Source: a candidate division WOR-3 bacterium (GTDB lineage Bacteria; Hydrothermota; Hydrothermia; LBFQ01; DSFT01). Taken from it: a stretch of DNA of 64,000 bases. The notes beneath the pieces were generated by a model, which was given only the letters and a program-made list of their open reading frames with translations, was not told where the DNA came from and searched no databases. The translations under genes were made by a program, and so were the position numbers. The DNA is taken from positions 23,276-87,275 of the forward strand of contig JANXBH010000005.1 of the NCBI GenBank assembly GCA_025060695.1, written 5' to 3'. This document shows, piece after piece, positions 11,501 through 22,018 of this stretch. The stretch's first letter is position 1; every line of letters starts with the position of its first letter.

Positions 11501-12429
11501 GAGATGAGCTACAACCCGGAGTTATTCAACTTATTAAGGTTTATATAGCTCAAAGAAGAAAATTTAATGTAGGTGATAAAATGGCTGGTAGACATGGTAA
11601 TAAAGGTGTTGTTTCAATTATAGCACCATTAGAAGATATGCCTTTTTTAGATGATGGAACACCGGTAGATGTTGTTTTAAATCCTCTTGGTGTTCCCTCA
11701 AGAATGAATATAGGTCAGATATTAGAAACACTTTTGGGTTGGGCTGGGGTTGAGTTAACGAAAAAGTTAGTTAATTTATTGAAAGAAGGAGATGCTTCAA
11801 AAATTAGAGAATTCCTCCTAACAATATATCAACCTCACAAAGATGAGGATTTTATTGAGTTTTTAAAGAATGCAAAAGAATCTGAAATTATTGCTTATGC
11901 AACTAATTTAGCAGAAAAAGGTATAAAGTATGCTTGTCCTGTTTTTGAAGGCTTAACTATAGATGAAGTTAAGGAACAACTTAAAATTGCAGGATTACCA
12001 GAAGACGGAAAAGTTAGATTAAGAGATGGTAGAACGGGAGAATATTTTGATTACCCTGTAACTGTAGGTTATATGTATATGATGAAGCTTGTTCATATGG
12101 TTGAAGATAAGATACATGCAAGAAGTGTTGGTTCTTATTCTATTATAACTCAGCAACCATTGGGAGGAAGAGCACATTTTGGTGGTCAGAGGTTTGGAGA
12201 AATGGAAGTTTGGGCAGCCGAAGCTCATGGTGCTGCATATGCACTTCAGGAACTGTTAACAGTAAAAAGTGATGACAGACTTGGTAGGAAACACTTATAT
12301 GAAGCTATCAGAAGAGGTGACTTACCACCTGAGCCAAGTCTGCCCGAGTCATTTAATGTTCTTGTTAAAAAGCTTAGGGGTCTTTGTATAGATGTTATAA
12401 TTGATTATCAAAAGGAGAGAAGGTTATGA
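8503..12429 (+). CDS. rpoB: DNA-directed RNA polymerase subunit beta
   Basis: 1308 aa with conserved blocks [37 protein letters not shown] and [10 protein letters not shown]. Confidence 0.98.
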   Translation: MVVRIGYKKELYEMPDLLTVQLESYKNFLQEDIPPSERTSESLHGLFNEIFPIIDLQGRYRLEYISYRIEKPKYTPDECIQKNLTYSVPIFLKIRLKKIRPQTNVIENEIEQEIYFGDIPYMTPKGTFIINGVERVVLSQIHRAPGVYFTIQEKETEVYTALLVPYRGPWIAFTIDGSKVISMTVSKRRKIPVSRFLRILGYEDYRSIISNFLKVEEFSIDDERLLSGNYILADDVVSEETGELIFQIVTEKGEFVRKEITQKFIEELEKEGVKKLKVLNMQDPATEAMITTFRQDRIKDAQKSLANIYRVLKYTQPKSLQDAKFAVEDFFFSGTKLFLGEIGRYKLNLRLKHDDKGFAIPPENTYSLTREDFVVIVKRLLDLYRGEEIEDDVDDISNRRVRRVGERLYEHFRNSLIRASKAIKEKLLTEMEDVTPKKLFNPRLITASINNFFTTDTLSQFLDQTNPLAELTHKRRISALGKGGLSRENAGIEVRDVHPSHYGRICPIETPEGQNIGLVLSLTTYAMIDNFGFIRTPLRKVKNGTLTNEVLYVAPYEEVDYRIAGADLKIANGKIIDKRIIARHKRTYKIVSNKDVDYIDVSPRQLVSPSSSLIPFLEHDDANRALMGSNMQRQAVPLLIPESPIVGTGMESKIAKDSGTLVLAKRSGTVSYVDSNKVIIIPDEKEDDFFGIDEYKLLKFQRSNQNTLVHHIPVVKIGQKIKKGDIIAEMVAVKDGELSLGKNLLVAFIPWYGYNFEDSIVVSERFLKDDIFTSIHIDSYEIEVRETKLGPEQITRDLPGVYEESLRNLDEHGIVRIGTEVKPGDILVGKITPEGERELTPEERLLQTIFGEKTKGYRNTSLKVPPGVVGTVVDVVILTKYAENEFSKKILEERKENANKKYKESIERVKSRLIELLEENLKGIKFKKNIYTKDGELVFKTGETFSKDKVDDPLKLVFADGFVEDKTVISKINNFYSGAKSFIKSIEDNYKLELSRIERGDELQPGVIQLIKVYIAQRRKFNVGDKMAGRHGNKGVVSIIAPLEDMPFLDDGTPVDVVLNPLGVPSRMNIGQILETLLGWAGVELTKKLVNLLKEGDASKIREFLLTIYQPHKDEDFIEFLKNAKESEIIAYATNLAEKGIKYACPVFEGLTIDEVKEQLKIAGLPEDGKVRLRDGRTGEYFDYPVTVGYMYMMKLVHMVEDKIHARSVGSYSIITQQPLGGRAHFGGQRFGEMEVWAAEAHGAAYALQELLTVKSDDRLGRKHLYEAIRRGDLPPEPSLPESFNVLVKKLRGLCIDVIIDYQKERRL

Positions 12430-15400
12430 TAGAAAGAGTTAAGGAGGAAATTTTAACTAAAATATCGCCAAAAAATCTTAAATCTATAATTATAAGATTA
12501 GCAGATCCTGATACTATTATAAGATGGTCGTATGCGGAAATGAAGGGAAGGGAAAGAGGTGAATACGGTCTTGGTGAAGTAACAAAGCCTGAAACTATAA
12601 ACTATAGAACTCAAAAACCGGAACCGGGTGGACTATTTTGTGAGAAAATTTTTGGTCCTGTAAATAGTTATAAGTGTTCTTGTGGTAAATACAGGGGTAA
12701 AAAGTACGCTGGTGTGATTTGTGATGTGTGCGGTGTAGAAGTTACCGATTCATCTGTAAGAAGAGAGAGGATGGGCTATGTAAAGCTTGCAGTTCCTGTA
12801 GCCCACATTTGGTTTTATAAAATACCACCTTCAATAATAGGAACTCTTTTGGATATTAGTAGAGCTAATCTTGAAGAAGTACTATATTATAATTCATATG
12901 TCGTTTTAAATCCTGGTAAAGTGCCTAATCTTAGAAAGGGAGAAGTACTAACCCTTAGTAAATATGATGAGTTAGTTAGAACTTATGGTAAGGGTGCTTT
13001 TGAAGCTGGTATGGGTGCACCTGCAATAAAGCAACTTCTAAAAGAATTATCTGAACCGATTTCTGGTAATAAAACGAGACTTGAAAAAATGCTTGAAGAT
13101 TTAACTATAAGGTTAAGAGTAGAAAAATCAGCTATACTAAGAAAGAAAATACTTCAAAAGTTGAGAATTGTTAAATCATTCGTTGAATCTGGAGTAGAAC
13201 CCCACTGGATGATATTAGAAGTTATACCTATTATACCTCCTGACCTTAGACCCTTAGTTGCACTTGATGGTGGAAGGTTCACTTCCAGTGATATAAATGA
13301 GCTGTATAGAAGACTTATATATAGAAATAGAAATTTAGCTAATATGTTGGCTGAAGCTCAAATGCCAGAACAAATTTTAAATAATGAAAAAAGAATAGTT
13401 CAAGAAATGGTCGATGCAGTTTTAGATAACTCAAGAAGAAAAAAACCAGTTACTGGAAGAGGAAATAGAAAACTAAAGTCTCTTTCAGATGATATTAGAG
13501 GTAAGAAGGGTCTGCTTAGGAGGAATCTGCTTGGTAAGAGAGTTGACTATTCGGCAAGAAGTGTAATAGTAGTTGGTCCAGATTTAAAAATTTATCAGGC
13601 AGGAGTGCCAAAGGATATAGCTGTTGAACTTTGGAAGCCATTCATTGAAAGAAAAGTTGAAGAAATGGGTCTTCCTGAGAGTCCTAAGAAACTTTTAAGA
13701 AGGAAATCAGAAGTTGTTTGGGAAATACTTGAAGATGTAGTTAAACACCATCCAATATGGTTGAATAGAGCGCCTACCTTGCATAGACCTTCTATTCAAG
13801 CTTTTGAGCCAGTGATAGTTGAAGGTAAGGCTATTAGATTGCATCCTCTTGTATGTACAGCATATAATGCGGATTTTGATGGAGACCAAATGGCTATATT
13901 TGTTCCTCTATCACCTGAAGCACAGCTTGAAAGTTATATGTTAGTTTTATCCGTTCACAACATACTCTCACCAGCTAATGGGAAGCCATTAGCAAGTGCA
14001 AGTCAAGACATGGTAATAGGTATAAATTATTTAACTAAATCCAAATTTACATCAAATATCAGAACATTTTACTCAATACACGAGGCAATAATTAGCTATG
14101 AAAATGGACAGATGGATTTACATACAACTATAAGAGTTCCAATATCTAAATCTGAACCACTGAGTGGTATTCCTCCATTTGAGTTTATAGAGACTACAAT
14201 TGGTAGAATTATATTCAATAGTATTTTACCGCCGGATTTTAGAATGAAATATGGTTTTATAAATAAGGAACTTAAAAAGAAAGATATTGCAGATATTGTA
14301 TATAAAATGCATCGTATGCTGGGTTCTTGGACCACAGCAGAATTCTTAGATAATATGAAAGATTTAGGTTTTAAATATGCAACCAAGTCTGGTTTAACAT
14401 TTGGTATAGACGATATTATTATCCCTGAAAGTAAATATCAAATAGTAGAAAAATCCTTTAAGGAGCTTGATAAAATAAATCGTAGGTTAGAAAAGGGTGA
14501 AATATCAAGAGCAGAACATTATCAACAAGTTGTAGACCTTTGGACAAGAACGACTGAGTCTGTAAAAAATGAACTTGAAAAGTCACTTCAGTCTGACAAG
14601 GAAGGATTTAATCCAATATACATGATGGTATATTCTGGTGCAAGGGGTAACATAATTCAAACTATGCAACTTTCAGCAATGAGAGGACTAATGGCAAGAC
14701 CAAGCAGAAAAGGTGAAATTGGTGATTTAATAGAAATTCCTGTTATCTCTTCTCTGAAAGAAGGCTTAAAAACTATGGAATACTTTATATCTACACATGG
14801 AGCAAGAAAAGGACAATCCGATACCGCACTAAAAACAGCTGATGCTGGTTATTTAACAAGAAGACTTGTGGATGTGGCACAAGATGTAGTAGTAACTATA
14901 GATGATTGTGGAACTATAAGAGGAAGAACAATAAGAGCACCAAATATTGCAAGTAAAATACTTGGAAGAATAGCACTTGAAGATATATATGACCCGAACA
15001 CTGGCGAGCTTATAGTTAGTGCAAATGAAGAAATAACTGATGAAAAAGCGGAAATGATAGAAAAAGCTGGTGTTGTTGAGGTAAATGTTCGTTCGGTTCT
15101 TTATTGTGAGGCAGAATATGGAGTTTGTGCTAAGTGCTATGGAAGGAACTTGGCAACAGGAAAGATTGTGGACATTGGAGAAGCTGTAGGAATTATTGCA
15201 GCACAATCAATAGGAGAACCGGGAACTCAGTTAACACTTAGAACTTTCCATACTGGTGGTATTGCTGAAAAAATAGCTGAAGAAAGCTTCTATTTATCAC
15301 CTTTCAAAGGCATAGTTAAATATATTAATCTAAAAACACTTGAGAGGGATGGAAAGAAAATAGTTATAAGCAAGAAGGGTAAAATAAGGGTAGTATCAAA

Positions 15401-16571
15401 TGATGGAAAAGAAAAGATTTACGATGTTCCATATGGAAGTGAAATATTCGTAGATGATGGTCAAATAGTGAAAGTTAATGAGAAATTAATAGAATGGGAG
15501 CCATATTCTCTTCCAATATTAACAACTAAAGAAGGAGTGCTTGATTTTGAAGATATTGTTGAAAATATCACATTGAAGGAAGAAGTTGAAGAAGGTAAAA
15601 TTGAATATGTAGTTCAAGTAGTGAGACAAAGAAAACTTTATCCTAAGGTTAATGTAAGAGATCCTAAGACAGGAGAAATATTAGAAGAAATACCATTAGT
15701 TAATGAAGCGAGATTAACCCAAAGAGTATATCAACTATTTAAGCAAGCAAAGCAAATTAAAAACTATAAGGATAGGGAAATAGTAAAAGCTGGTGAAATT
15801 ATTGCAAAACTACCAAAAATTACTGCGAAGACGAGGGATATCACTGGAGGACTTCCAAAGGTTGAAGAGTTATTCGAAGCAAGAGTTCCAAAAAATAAGG
15901 CCATATTAGCTGAAAGGGGAGGACAAGTAGAGATTCTCGGTCTTGAAAGGGGTATATTTAAAGTAAAGGTAGGAGAACAAATTTACGAAGTTCCATATGG
16001 TAGATATTTACTTGTTGGTAGTGGTGAGTATGTAGAGGCGGGTGATCCTCTTACTGATGGCGAAATTGACCCACATGACTTATTAAGAATAAAAGGTAAG
16101 GACTTCGTTCAAGAGTATCTATTTGAGAAAATACAAGGTATTTACAAAATGTCAGATGTTGAAATAAACGATAAACATATTGAGATTATAGTAAGGCAAA
16201 TGCTCAGAAAAGTAAAAATTATATCTTCAGGAACTACTAACTTGTTTGAGGATGACATAGTTGATTATTCCAAGGTTAAAAAAGAAAACGAAAGAGTCAT
16301 AACTGAAGGAGGAAAACCTGCAACCTATATGCATGTTTTACTTGGTATAACAAGAGCTTCGCTATCTACCGATTCATTTATTTCTGCCGCTTCGTTCCAA
16401 GAAACCACAAAAGTATTAGCATTTGCATCTATAGAAGGTAAATCGGACGAATTAAGAGGTTTAAAGGAAAATGTGATTATAGGAGGTCTAATACCTTCAG
16501 GGACGGGTAGAAAGGACCTAAAAGAAATGGCAATTTTGGCTGAAGAAGAAAAAGTAGAAGAAATAGCGTGA
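12426..16571 (+). CDS. rpoC: DNA-directed RNA polymerase subunit beta'
   Basis: 1381 aa. Zn-finger [14 protein letters not shown], catalytic [10 protein letters not shown], bridge and trigger-loop blocks. 4-nt overlap with rpoB. Confidence 0.98.
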   Translation: MIERVKEEILTKISPKNLKSIIIRLADPDTIIRWSYAEMKGRERGEYGLGEVTKPETINYRTQKPEPGGLFCEKIFGPVNSYKCSCGKYRGKKYAGVICDVCGVEVTDSSVRRERMGYVKLAVPVAHIWFYKIPPSIIGTLLDISRANLEEVLYYNSYVVLNPGKVPNLRKGEVLTLSKYDELVRTYGKGAFEAGMGAPAIKQLLKELSEPISGNKTRLEKMLEDLTIRLRVEKSAILRKKILQKLRIVKSFVESGVEPHWMILEVIPIIPPDLRPLVALDGGRFTSSDINELYRRLIYRNRNLANMLAEAQMPEQILNNEKRIVQEMVDAVLDNSRRKKPVTGRGNRKLKSLSDDIRGKKGLLRRNLLGKRVDYSARSVIVVGPDLKIYQAGVPKDIAVELWKPFIERKVEEMGLPESPKKLLRRKSEVVWEILEDVVKHHPIWLNRAPTLHRPSIQAFEPVIVEGKAIRLHPLVCTAYNADFDGDQMAIFVPLSPEAQLESYMLVLSVHNILSPANGKPLASASQDMVIGINYLTKSKFTSNIRTFYSIHEAIISYENGQMDLHTTIRVPISKSEPLSGIPPFEFIETTIGRIIFNSILPPDFRMKYGFINKELKKKDIADIVYKMHRMLGSWTTAEFLDNMKDLGFKYATKSGLTFGIDDIIIPESKYQIVEKSFKELDKINRRLEKGEISRAEHYQQVVDLWTRTTESVKNELEKSLQSDKEGFNPIYMMVYSGARGNIIQTMQLSAMRGLMARPSRKGEIGDLIEIPVISSLKEGLKTMEYFISTHGARKGQSDTALKTADAGYLTRRLVDVAQDVVVTIDDCGTIRGRTIRAPNIASKILGRIALEDIYDPNTGELIVSANEEITDEKAEMIEKAGVVEVNVRSVLYCEAEYGVCAKCYGRNLATGKIVDIGEAVGIIAAQSIGEPGTQLTLRTFHTGGIAEKIAEESFYLSPFKGIVKYINLKTLERDGKKIVISKKGKIRVVSNDGKEKIYDVPYGSEIFVDDGQIVKVNEKLIEWEPYSLPILTTKEGVLDFEDIVENITLKEEVEEGKIEYVVQVVRQRKLYPKVNVRDPKTGEILEEIPLVNEARLTQRVYQLFKQAKQIKNYKDREIVKAGEIIAKLPKITAKTRDITGGLPKVEELFEARVPKNKAILAERGGQVEILGLERGIFKVKVGEQIYEVPYGRYLLVGSGEYVEAGDPLTDGEIDPHDLLRIKGKDFVQEYLFEKIQGIYKMSDVEINDKHIEIIVRQMLRKVKIISSGTTNLFEDDIVDYSKVKKENERVITEGGKPATYMHVLLGITRASLSTDSFISAASFQETTKVLAFASIEGKSDELRGLKENVIIGGLIPSGTGRKDLKEMAILAEEEKVEEIA

Positions 16572-17587
16572 TACTACTAATAGCAACTTTTTTAGAGAAA
16601 GAAGTTTATTTTCCTTCAATATACTTAATTTTACCTGATAGTGGGGATTTTAGAGTAATATCAGAGGAGTTTTTAAAAGGATTTGACCTTGCTATCCGTG
16701 ATGAATATAAATTTAGTATAATTGACGAAGACCCTGATACATCAATAGACTTTTCTGTTATTTATGAAAACATTGTAAATAAACATCCTAAAATCGTGGT
16801 TGGACCTATATTACCAAAACATCAAAGAATCTCTGCGGAAATTTCTATGAGAAAGAAAGTTATTCAAATCATACCTATAACATATGACCTCTATCTTGGA
16901 ACTTATGGAAATTACGTTTATCCATTCAATTACAAAATTTATATGTCAATAGAATCACTCTTGGATTATACCTTTAAGAAAGGTGATAGTAATGTGGTTT
17001 TACTTTACGAGAATACAACAAATGGTTTTTCTATAAAAAAATTCATAGATACGAAATATGATATTCCGACAATACCTATAAAAAATACCAAGATTTCAAA
17101 GGAGTATATAGCTGAACTGATAAAAGATCTAAAAAATTATGACGCTCTAATATTTTCAGATGGAGGAATTAATTCAGTAAATATTTACCTGAGTTTAAGA
17201 AAGAATGGATATAGTAAAGATGTATATGTATTTGATAGTTGGCTGTCGTTTGATATATTTCCGATGATCATAGGTTTGTCAGAAAATCTATATATCTTAT
17301 CCCTCAAGAGTATAAGTTATGCAAGCTATTTACTAAAGCTTGATAGAAAATACAAATTCATAGAAAATTACAGAAAGTTGTATAATTCAGAACCTACAAT
17401 AGCTTCCCAAATAGGATATGATACAGGAGTTTTAGTAAAGCAAGCTCTAAAGTCTGAAGATATAAAGAGTTTTCTTCTGAAGTATGGAATTTTAAGTGGT
17501 ATTAATGGAGATTATTTAATATCTAAAAATCCTGAGTATATAAAGATCTTTAAAATTTCAGGAGGTGGTTTAGAGGAGGTAAAGTAA
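16568..17587 (+). CDS. hypothetical protein with type-1 periplasmic-binding-protein-like (LivK/LpoA-like) features
   Basis: GTG start overlapping the rpoC stop (GTGA). The block [29 protein letters not shown] resembles the PBP type-1 pattern VIGP..S.....A........P.I.P. This is a weak call made by eye. Confidence 0.35.
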   Translation: MILLIATFLEKEVYFPSIYLILPDSGDFRVISEEFLKGFDLAIRDEYKFSIIDEDPDTSIDFSVIYENIVNKHPKIVVGPILPKHQRISAEISMRKKVIQIIPITYDLYLGTYGNYVYPFNYKIYMSIESLLDYTFKKGDSNVVLLYENTTNGFSIKKFIDTKYDIPTIPIKNTKISKEYIAELIKDLKNYDALIFSDGGINSVNIYLSLRKNGYSKDVYVFDSWLSFDIFPMIIGLSENLYILSLKSISYASYLLKLDRKYKFIENYRKLYNSEPTIASQIGYDTGVLVKQALKSEDIKSFLLKYGILSGINGDYLISKNPEYIKIFKISGGGLEEVK

Positions 17588-17739
17588 TGAAATTTTGGAT
17601 AGCCTTTTTTCTTTCACTTATTTTACAAATTATTGGACTAATACTAACTTCCTTCGGAGATACAGTGATAACTCCAATTCTATTTACTATAGCTCTATTT
17701 GTTATAATGATTTGGGGGATTTTAAGCTATAATGGTTAA
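17587..17739 (+). CDS. small (50 aa) two-TM membrane protein, hypothetical
   Basis: Not in the ORF track. My translation is [50 protein letters not shown]. The ATG overlaps the upstream stop (TAATG), and the 3' end overlaps the next ORF. Confidence 0.3.
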   Translation: MKFWIAFFLSLILQIIGLILTSFGDTVITPILFTIALFVIMIWGILSYNG

Positions 17740-18004
17740 AGCACAAGTTAGTATATATAGCTTTGAAAATTACGAAAATTTAGGAGAAACAGTAAGAGAA
17801 TTTTGGAATATACTAAAAAGTTATCGCCTTAATTTTATTTCTAATTCAATTTCTACAATTATATGGTCAGATGATGGGAGTTTAATTTTTGAAGTTTTAA
17901 AAGTTTCATTTGAAAAATTTAAGAAAAATAAATTAGTGTTTGATATAAAGATATTAAACTTTGGACCATATCCAGATTTTCAAATAAAGGATAGTGAAAT
18001 ATGA
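17732..18004 (+). CDS. hypothetical protein, possibly MTH1187/YkoF-like
   Basis: 90 aa. The N-terminal VKAQVSIYSF pattern and the size resemble the MTH1187 family. ATGA overlap with dapA. Weak call. Confidence 0.3.
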   Translation: MVKAQVSIYSFENYENLGETVREFWNILKSYRLNFISNSISTIIWSDDGSLIFEVLKVSFEKFKKNKLVFDIKILNFGPYPDFQIKDSEI

Positions 18005-18855
18005 AAGGTTTATATACCGCAATAATTACTCCTTTTGACAACGAGCTAAATATAGACTATGAAAGTTTAGAAAAATTGGTAGAATTTCAAATAATGCATA
18101 AAGTAGATGGAATAGTAGTATTTGGAACAACAGGTGAGGCACCTACTATTGAAGAGGAAGAATTTTTTAAAACTTTAAGTTTTATTAAAAAATATAAGGA
18201 TAGTATAGATATCGTTGTTGGTGCTGGGACAAATAGCACTAAGAAAACAATTGAAAAAACAAAAAAGTGTATGGACATGGGTTTTGATAAATTTTTAATA
18301 GTTTCACCTTATTATAATAAACCAAATACAAAAGGCTTATATGAACATTTTAAGGCTGTATTATCCTTAGGTGCAAAAGTTATAATCTATGAAATTCCTT
18401 CAAGGACAGGAATATCTATTCCATTGGAGGTTATTAAGTCATTAAAGGAGGAATTTAGTGAAAATTTTGTCGCCTTGAAATTTTCAAATAGTGATTTAGA
18501 CTTATTAAGTAGAATAATTTTGGAAGTGAAAGGTATTAATATTTTAAGTGGTGATGATAATTTAACACTTGCTATGATGTCATTAGGTGCAAATGGAGTT
18601 ATTTCAGTTTTAAGTAATGTATTTCCAAGTGAAATAAGGGAACTTGTTTATGATGCATTAGAGGGAGATTTCTTAAAGGCAAGAGAAATACATTATAGGA
18701 TGTATAAACTCTTTAAACTTGCATTTATAGAAACTAATCCAATACCGATAAAGTACATGGCATATAAGAAAAATATAATAAAAACACCAAAGCTAAGACT
18801 TCCACTTTCTGAACTTTCTGAAAGTAATATAAAGCTCATAGACAGCATTTTATAA
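18001..18855 (+). CDS. dapA: 4-hydroxy-tetrahydrodipicolinate synthase
   Basis: GLYTAIITPF.., GIVVFGTTGEAPTI, IYEIPSRTG, and LKFS carrying the active-site Lys. Confidence 0.9.
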   Translation: MKGLYTAIITPFDNELNIDYESLEKLVEFQIMHKVDGIVVFGTTGEAPTIEEEEFFKTLSFIKKYKDSIDIVVGAGTNSTKKTIEKTKKCMDMGFDKFLIVSPYYNKPNTKGLYEHFKAVLSLGAKVIIYEIPSRTGISIPLEVIKSLKEEFSENFVALKFSNSDLDLLSRIILEVKGINILSGDDNLTLAMMSLGANGVISVLSNVFPSEIRELVYDALEGDFLKAREIHYRMYKLFKLAFIETNPIPIKYMAYKKNIIKTPKLRLPLSELSESNIKLIDSIL

Positions 18856-18939
18856 TTTTTTCACTTTATTATAAAGTATTAACAAAAAAGCAAAAATAAT
18901 TATCCAGAATGCAAGATAGGCTAAAAATAGATATATCAT
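18850..18939 (-). CDS. ccmD: CcmD-like small membrane protein (29 aa)
   Basis: Not in the ORF track. My translation is MIYLFLAYLAFWIIIFAFLLILYNKVKKL. It has an AY-x3-W-x-hydrophobic TM segment followed by a basic tail, as in CcmD. ATGA overlap with the ccmC stop. Confidence 0.5.
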   Translation of the reverse strand: MIYLFLAYLAFWIIIFAFLLILYNKVKKL

Positions 18940-19610
18940 ATTTTAAGAATTCTCTTTATTTCAAACTTTTCTACTCTATATGTTAGATAAAACATTAATG
19001 CATAAAGAGATAACAAAGTAATAAGGCTAAAAATCATAACAAATGTAATCTCAGGAGACATATTGAACTTTTCATTTGTCCCCTCAATAACTATAGGATG
19101 AATACTCCTCCAAATTCTAATAGAAATGAAAGTTATCGGAACATTTATAAAACCAATAATTGCAATGAAAGAAGAAGTTTTAGCTCTCGTTTCAATATCG
19201 TCGGATAACATATTCCTCAATGCAATATATCCAAAATAATATAAAATTGTTATAGCCATAGTAGTTAGTCTTGGATCCCATGTCCAAAACACACCCCATG
19301 CAGGTTTTGCCCAGATTGAACCCATAACTAATGAAGCCATACCAAATAATATACCAAGTTTTATGCTAACACTTGCAAGAATATCGTAGTCTAATTTCTT
19401 ATTTCTTAAATAGAGGATAGAAAATATAAGTCCTATAAATAGTGAAATCATCATTATCCATGCAGATGAAACATGATAGTAAAATATTTTTTGTATATGA
19501 CCGAGAACTATTCCCTTTTCTCCTGGCCAGCTTACAGGTGGTGCCCAGATAAAAATTAAAAATAAATTTATAGAAACTAAAAGAAATACTATGAAAAAAA
19601 GTAAGCTCAA
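18936..19610 (-). CDS. ccmC: heme exporter protein CcmC (cytochrome c maturation system I)
   Basis: Tryptophan-rich WWD motif AKPAWGVFWTWDPRLTT (E. coli CcmC has WGTWWVWDARLTS), conserved His (YYHVSSAW), six-TM profile. Only a TTG start at 19610 is available upstream of TM1. Confidence 0.8.
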   Translation of the reverse strand: MSLLFFIVFLLVSINLFLIFIWAPPVSWPGEKGIVLGHIQKIFYYHVSSAWIMMISLFIGLIFSILYLRNKKLDYDILASVSIKLGILFGMASLVMGSIWAKPAWGVFWTWDPRLTTMAITILYYFGYIALRNMLSDDIETRAKTSSFIAIIGFINVPITFISIRIWRSIHPIVIEGTNEKFNMSPEITFVMIFSLITLLSLYALMFYLTYRVEKFEIKRILKI

Positions 19611-19611
19611 A

Positions 19612-19685
19612 AGCCTGCGGGCGGATTTGAACCGCCGACCTCTTCCTTACCAAGGAAGCGCTCTAACCTCCTGAGCTACGCAGGC
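19612..19685 (-). tRNA. trnT: tRNA-Thr (anticodon GGT), no encoded 3' CCA
   Basis: The reverse complement reads GCCTGCGTAGCTCAGGAGGTTAGAGCGCTTCCTTGGTAAGGAAGAGGTCGGCGGTTCAAATCCGCCCGCAGGCT. Acceptor GCCTGCG/CGCAGGC, anticodon loop TTGGTAA, T-loop GGTTCAAATCC. Confidence 0.9.
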
Positions 19686-19693
19686 TAAATGAA

Positions 19694-19699
19694 ATTTTA
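19694..19699 (-). promoter_or_regulatory. -10-like TAAAAT within GGCTTTAAAATTT, 8 nt upstream of the mature 5' end of tRNA-Thr
   Basis: Member of the recurrent GCTTTAAAAT intergenic motif. Confidence 0.4.
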
Positions 19700-19710
19700 A
19701 AGCCCATCTT

Positions 19711-19716
19711 TAAAAT
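19711..19716 (+). promoter_or_regulatory. -10-like TAAAAT, 10 nt upstream of the pdxH ATG
   Basis: TCTTTAAAATTTATTATCACATG, with no SD in the spacer. Confidence 0.4.
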
Positions 19717-19726
19717 TTATTATCAC

Positions 19727-20299
19727 ATGATTAATCCAATAAGTTTAGTAAAATCATATTATGAAAAAGCAAAGGAGCTAAATTTAAAATATTTTGATGC
19801 TGCAGTTCTTTGTACTTCGAGGGATAATATACCAGATGGAAGAAATGTGCTAATAAAAGAAATCACAGAAAATGGTTTTATATTCTATACAAATTACAAT
19901 TCAAAAAAAGGAAAAGATTTAGAATTGAATCCACATGCATGTATAGTTTTCTATTGGCAGGATTTAGGAATACAAATCAGGATAAGGGGGAAAGTAGAAA
20001 AAGTGGAGAATCAAAAATCAATTGAGTATTTTAGAACAAGGCCAAAAGGGAGCCAAATTTCCGCATATATATCAAAGCAGTCTGAAGAATTAGAAAGCTA
20101 TGAAAAGTTAGTTGAAATATTTGAAGAATATAGTAAAACATTTAAAGATAGGGAAGTGGAAAAGCCAGAAGATTGGGGCGGATATATATTGATACCGTCA
20201 GAGATTGAAATATGGGAGGAAAAACCATATAGACTTCACAAAAGGGTATTATACTACTTGGATGGAAATATATGGAAAATGAAATACCTATATCCATAG
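19727..20299 (+). CDS. pdxH: pyridoxamine 5'-phosphate oxidase
   Basis: Blocks RNVLIKE..FIFYTNYNSKKGKDL..NPHACIVFYW, EYFRTRPKGSQISAYISKQS and WGGY..P..IEIWEEKPYRLHKR. Confidence 0.9.
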   Translation: MINPISLVKSYYEKAKELNLKYFDAAVLCTSRDNIPDGRNVLIKEITENGFIFYTNYNSKKGKDLELNPHACIVFYWQDLGIQIRIRGKVEKVENQKSIEYFRTRPKGSQISAYISKQSEELESYEKLVEIFEEYSKTFKDREVEKPEDWGGYILIPSEIEIWEEKPYRLHKRVLYYLDGNIWKMKYLYP

Positions 20300-20943
20300 T
20301 TTTTTCTTTTAGTGGGGGAAAGGACAGTGTCCTTTCTATTTATAAACTATTAAAACAAAACTATAAAATTCAGTCCCTTATTACAACTATTACTGACATC
20401 TATAGCAGAGTATCAATACATGGAATAAGAGAAGAACTAATTATGGAGCAGGCTAATGCTATAGGTATTCCATTACATCTAATTTACATTCCGCATAATT
20501 GCGTAAATGAGGAATATGAGAGAATTATGCTTGAAAACATGAGCTTTTATAAAAGTTTTGGTGTTAATTATGTAGGTTTTGGTGATATTTTTTTGGAAGA
20601 TATTAGAAAATATAGAGAGGAAAATTTAAAAAAAATAGGTATGAAATGCATTTTTCCATTATGGAAGAAGAATACAAAGGATTTAGTTCGTGAATTTATA
20701 AGTCTTAAATTTAAGTCTATAGTTGTTGCAGTTGATAGTAATTTGTTAGATATTTCTATGCTTGGTATGGAATTTGAAGAGTTTATAAATTTCTTACCAA
20801 ATAATGTAGATGTTTGTGGAGAAAATGGTGAGTTTCATACTTTTGTATACGATGGTCCAATATTTAAAAAAAGAGTAAATTTTAGAAAAGGAGATATAGT
20901 AATAAAAAACAACTATGGATACATTGATTTATATCCCATTTAG
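20272..20943 (+). CDS. Dph6-related PP-loop ATP pyrophosphatase (MJ0570 family)
   Basis: PP-loop FSGGKDS near the N-terminus. FGDIFLEDIRKYRE and GENGEFHTFV blocks are typical of this family. Confidence 0.65.
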   Translation: MENEIPISIVFSFSGGKDSVLSIYKLLKQNYKIQSLITTITDIYSRVSIHGIREELIMEQANAIGIPLHLIYIPHNCVNEEYERIMLENMSFYKSFGVNYVGFGDIFLEDIRKYREENLKKIGMKCIFPLWKKNTKDLVREFISLKFKSIVVAVDSNLLDISMLGMEFEEFINFLPNNVDVCGENGEFHTFVYDGPIFKKRVNFRKGDIVIKNNYGYIDLYPI

Positions 20944-22018
20944 TCTCTGGGGAATTTCTCCTTTTGTCTCAAAGAATTTATATTTTCAATATAAAAGTCC
21001 AAAAATTAAAAATGTTGAAATTTACAATGTTTTAGACTATGGCTTGGTTTTGAGAAAGGAAATAAAGAAAGCTGATAGCTTGCCACTTTCCTATATTTAT
21101 TCTATTCAATTTCCTATAGATAACTATTCGCAATACGGTGTTATATTTTCAAGATATATAAGTAGATTTTTATTTTCGTTAGCATACGACTATAATGACA
21201 AATTTAAACAAGGTTCATTTTCAATGGATTATAGAAATTTAAATCTGAGTTATTATGAAATCTTTAAATTAGAACAGCACTTAAGATTCTTCTACTTAGG
21301 CTATTTTGAAATTATAAAGTTAAGCTATCAAATATATAATGACACTAATACATTTTATGCAAAATTTTATAAAAGCGAACTGATATACTCTAATTTACAG
21401 AAAGAAATATATCTCAATTATGGTCTTGATAGGTCGCATTTTTCAATTAGTGGGGGTATATATCGCAATTTCAAAAAAAACTTTAACTATCTAAATTACG
21501 AGTTTTTTCTAAACTTAAAGTATCTTAAAATTTACTCCTCTCTTAAACCATTTCAAATCTTTGATACTATATACAAGTACAATGAACACTTACTTAAAAT
21601 AGATTATAAATTCTTAAGTTTTTCCTATACATACATTGAGAATTTAGTTCCCATTGATACAATGAATTTTTCATTTTCATATATAAACTCGTTTTCGGTT
21701 TCTATAAAGACAAGTTTTTTAAAATTTACTTCAATGAGAAGTTTTGGAACCCCAATAAAGTGGATTTTAAACTTTTCTACATTTTACAATTATAAGTTTA
21801 AAAAAGATATAACTATAACACCATTTGTTAATGCAAGTTATATAGAAAACGATTTTAAGAAGCCAATTGAAGATATATTTATTTTAAATTCTGGAGTAAG
21901 TTTAAATTTGTTTGATGGTATATATTTACAAGTTAGCTACTTTTCTAACTTGTTTATTCAAAGTTTATGGAATTATAATAGTTATAGTATTTTTCTAAGA
22001 ATTTCTATGGAAGATTAG
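20915..22018 (+). CDS. hypothetical protein, Tyr/Phe/Asn/Ser-rich, beta-barrel-like alternating pattern
   Basis: Long ORF with no recognisable motif. The alternating aromatic/polar pattern suggests an outer-membrane beta-barrel. Confidence 0.3.
   Translation: MDTLIYIPFSLWGISPFVSKNLYFQYKSPKIKNVEIYNVLDYGLVLRKEIKKADSLPLSYIYSIQFPIDNYSQYGVIFSRYISRFLFSLAYDYNDKFKQGSFSMDYRNLNLSYYEIFKLEQHLRFFYLGYFEIIKLSYQIYNDTNTFYAKFYKSELIYSNLQKEIYLNYGLDRSHFSISGGIYRNFKKNFNYLNYEFFLNLKYLKIYSSLKPFQIFDTIYKYNEHLLKIDYKFLSFSYTYIENLVPIDTMNFSFSYINSFSVSIKTSFLKFTSMRSFGTPIKWILNFSTFYNYKFKKDITITPFVNASYIENDFKKPIEDIFILNSGVSLNLFDGIYLQVSYFSNLFIQSLWNYNSYSIFLRISMED

Noticed and set aside
19399-19653. Track ORF 19399..19653 (-), 84 aa.
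   Set aside because: It runs through the tRNA-Thr gene and lies out of frame inside ccmC, so it is a spurious open frame.
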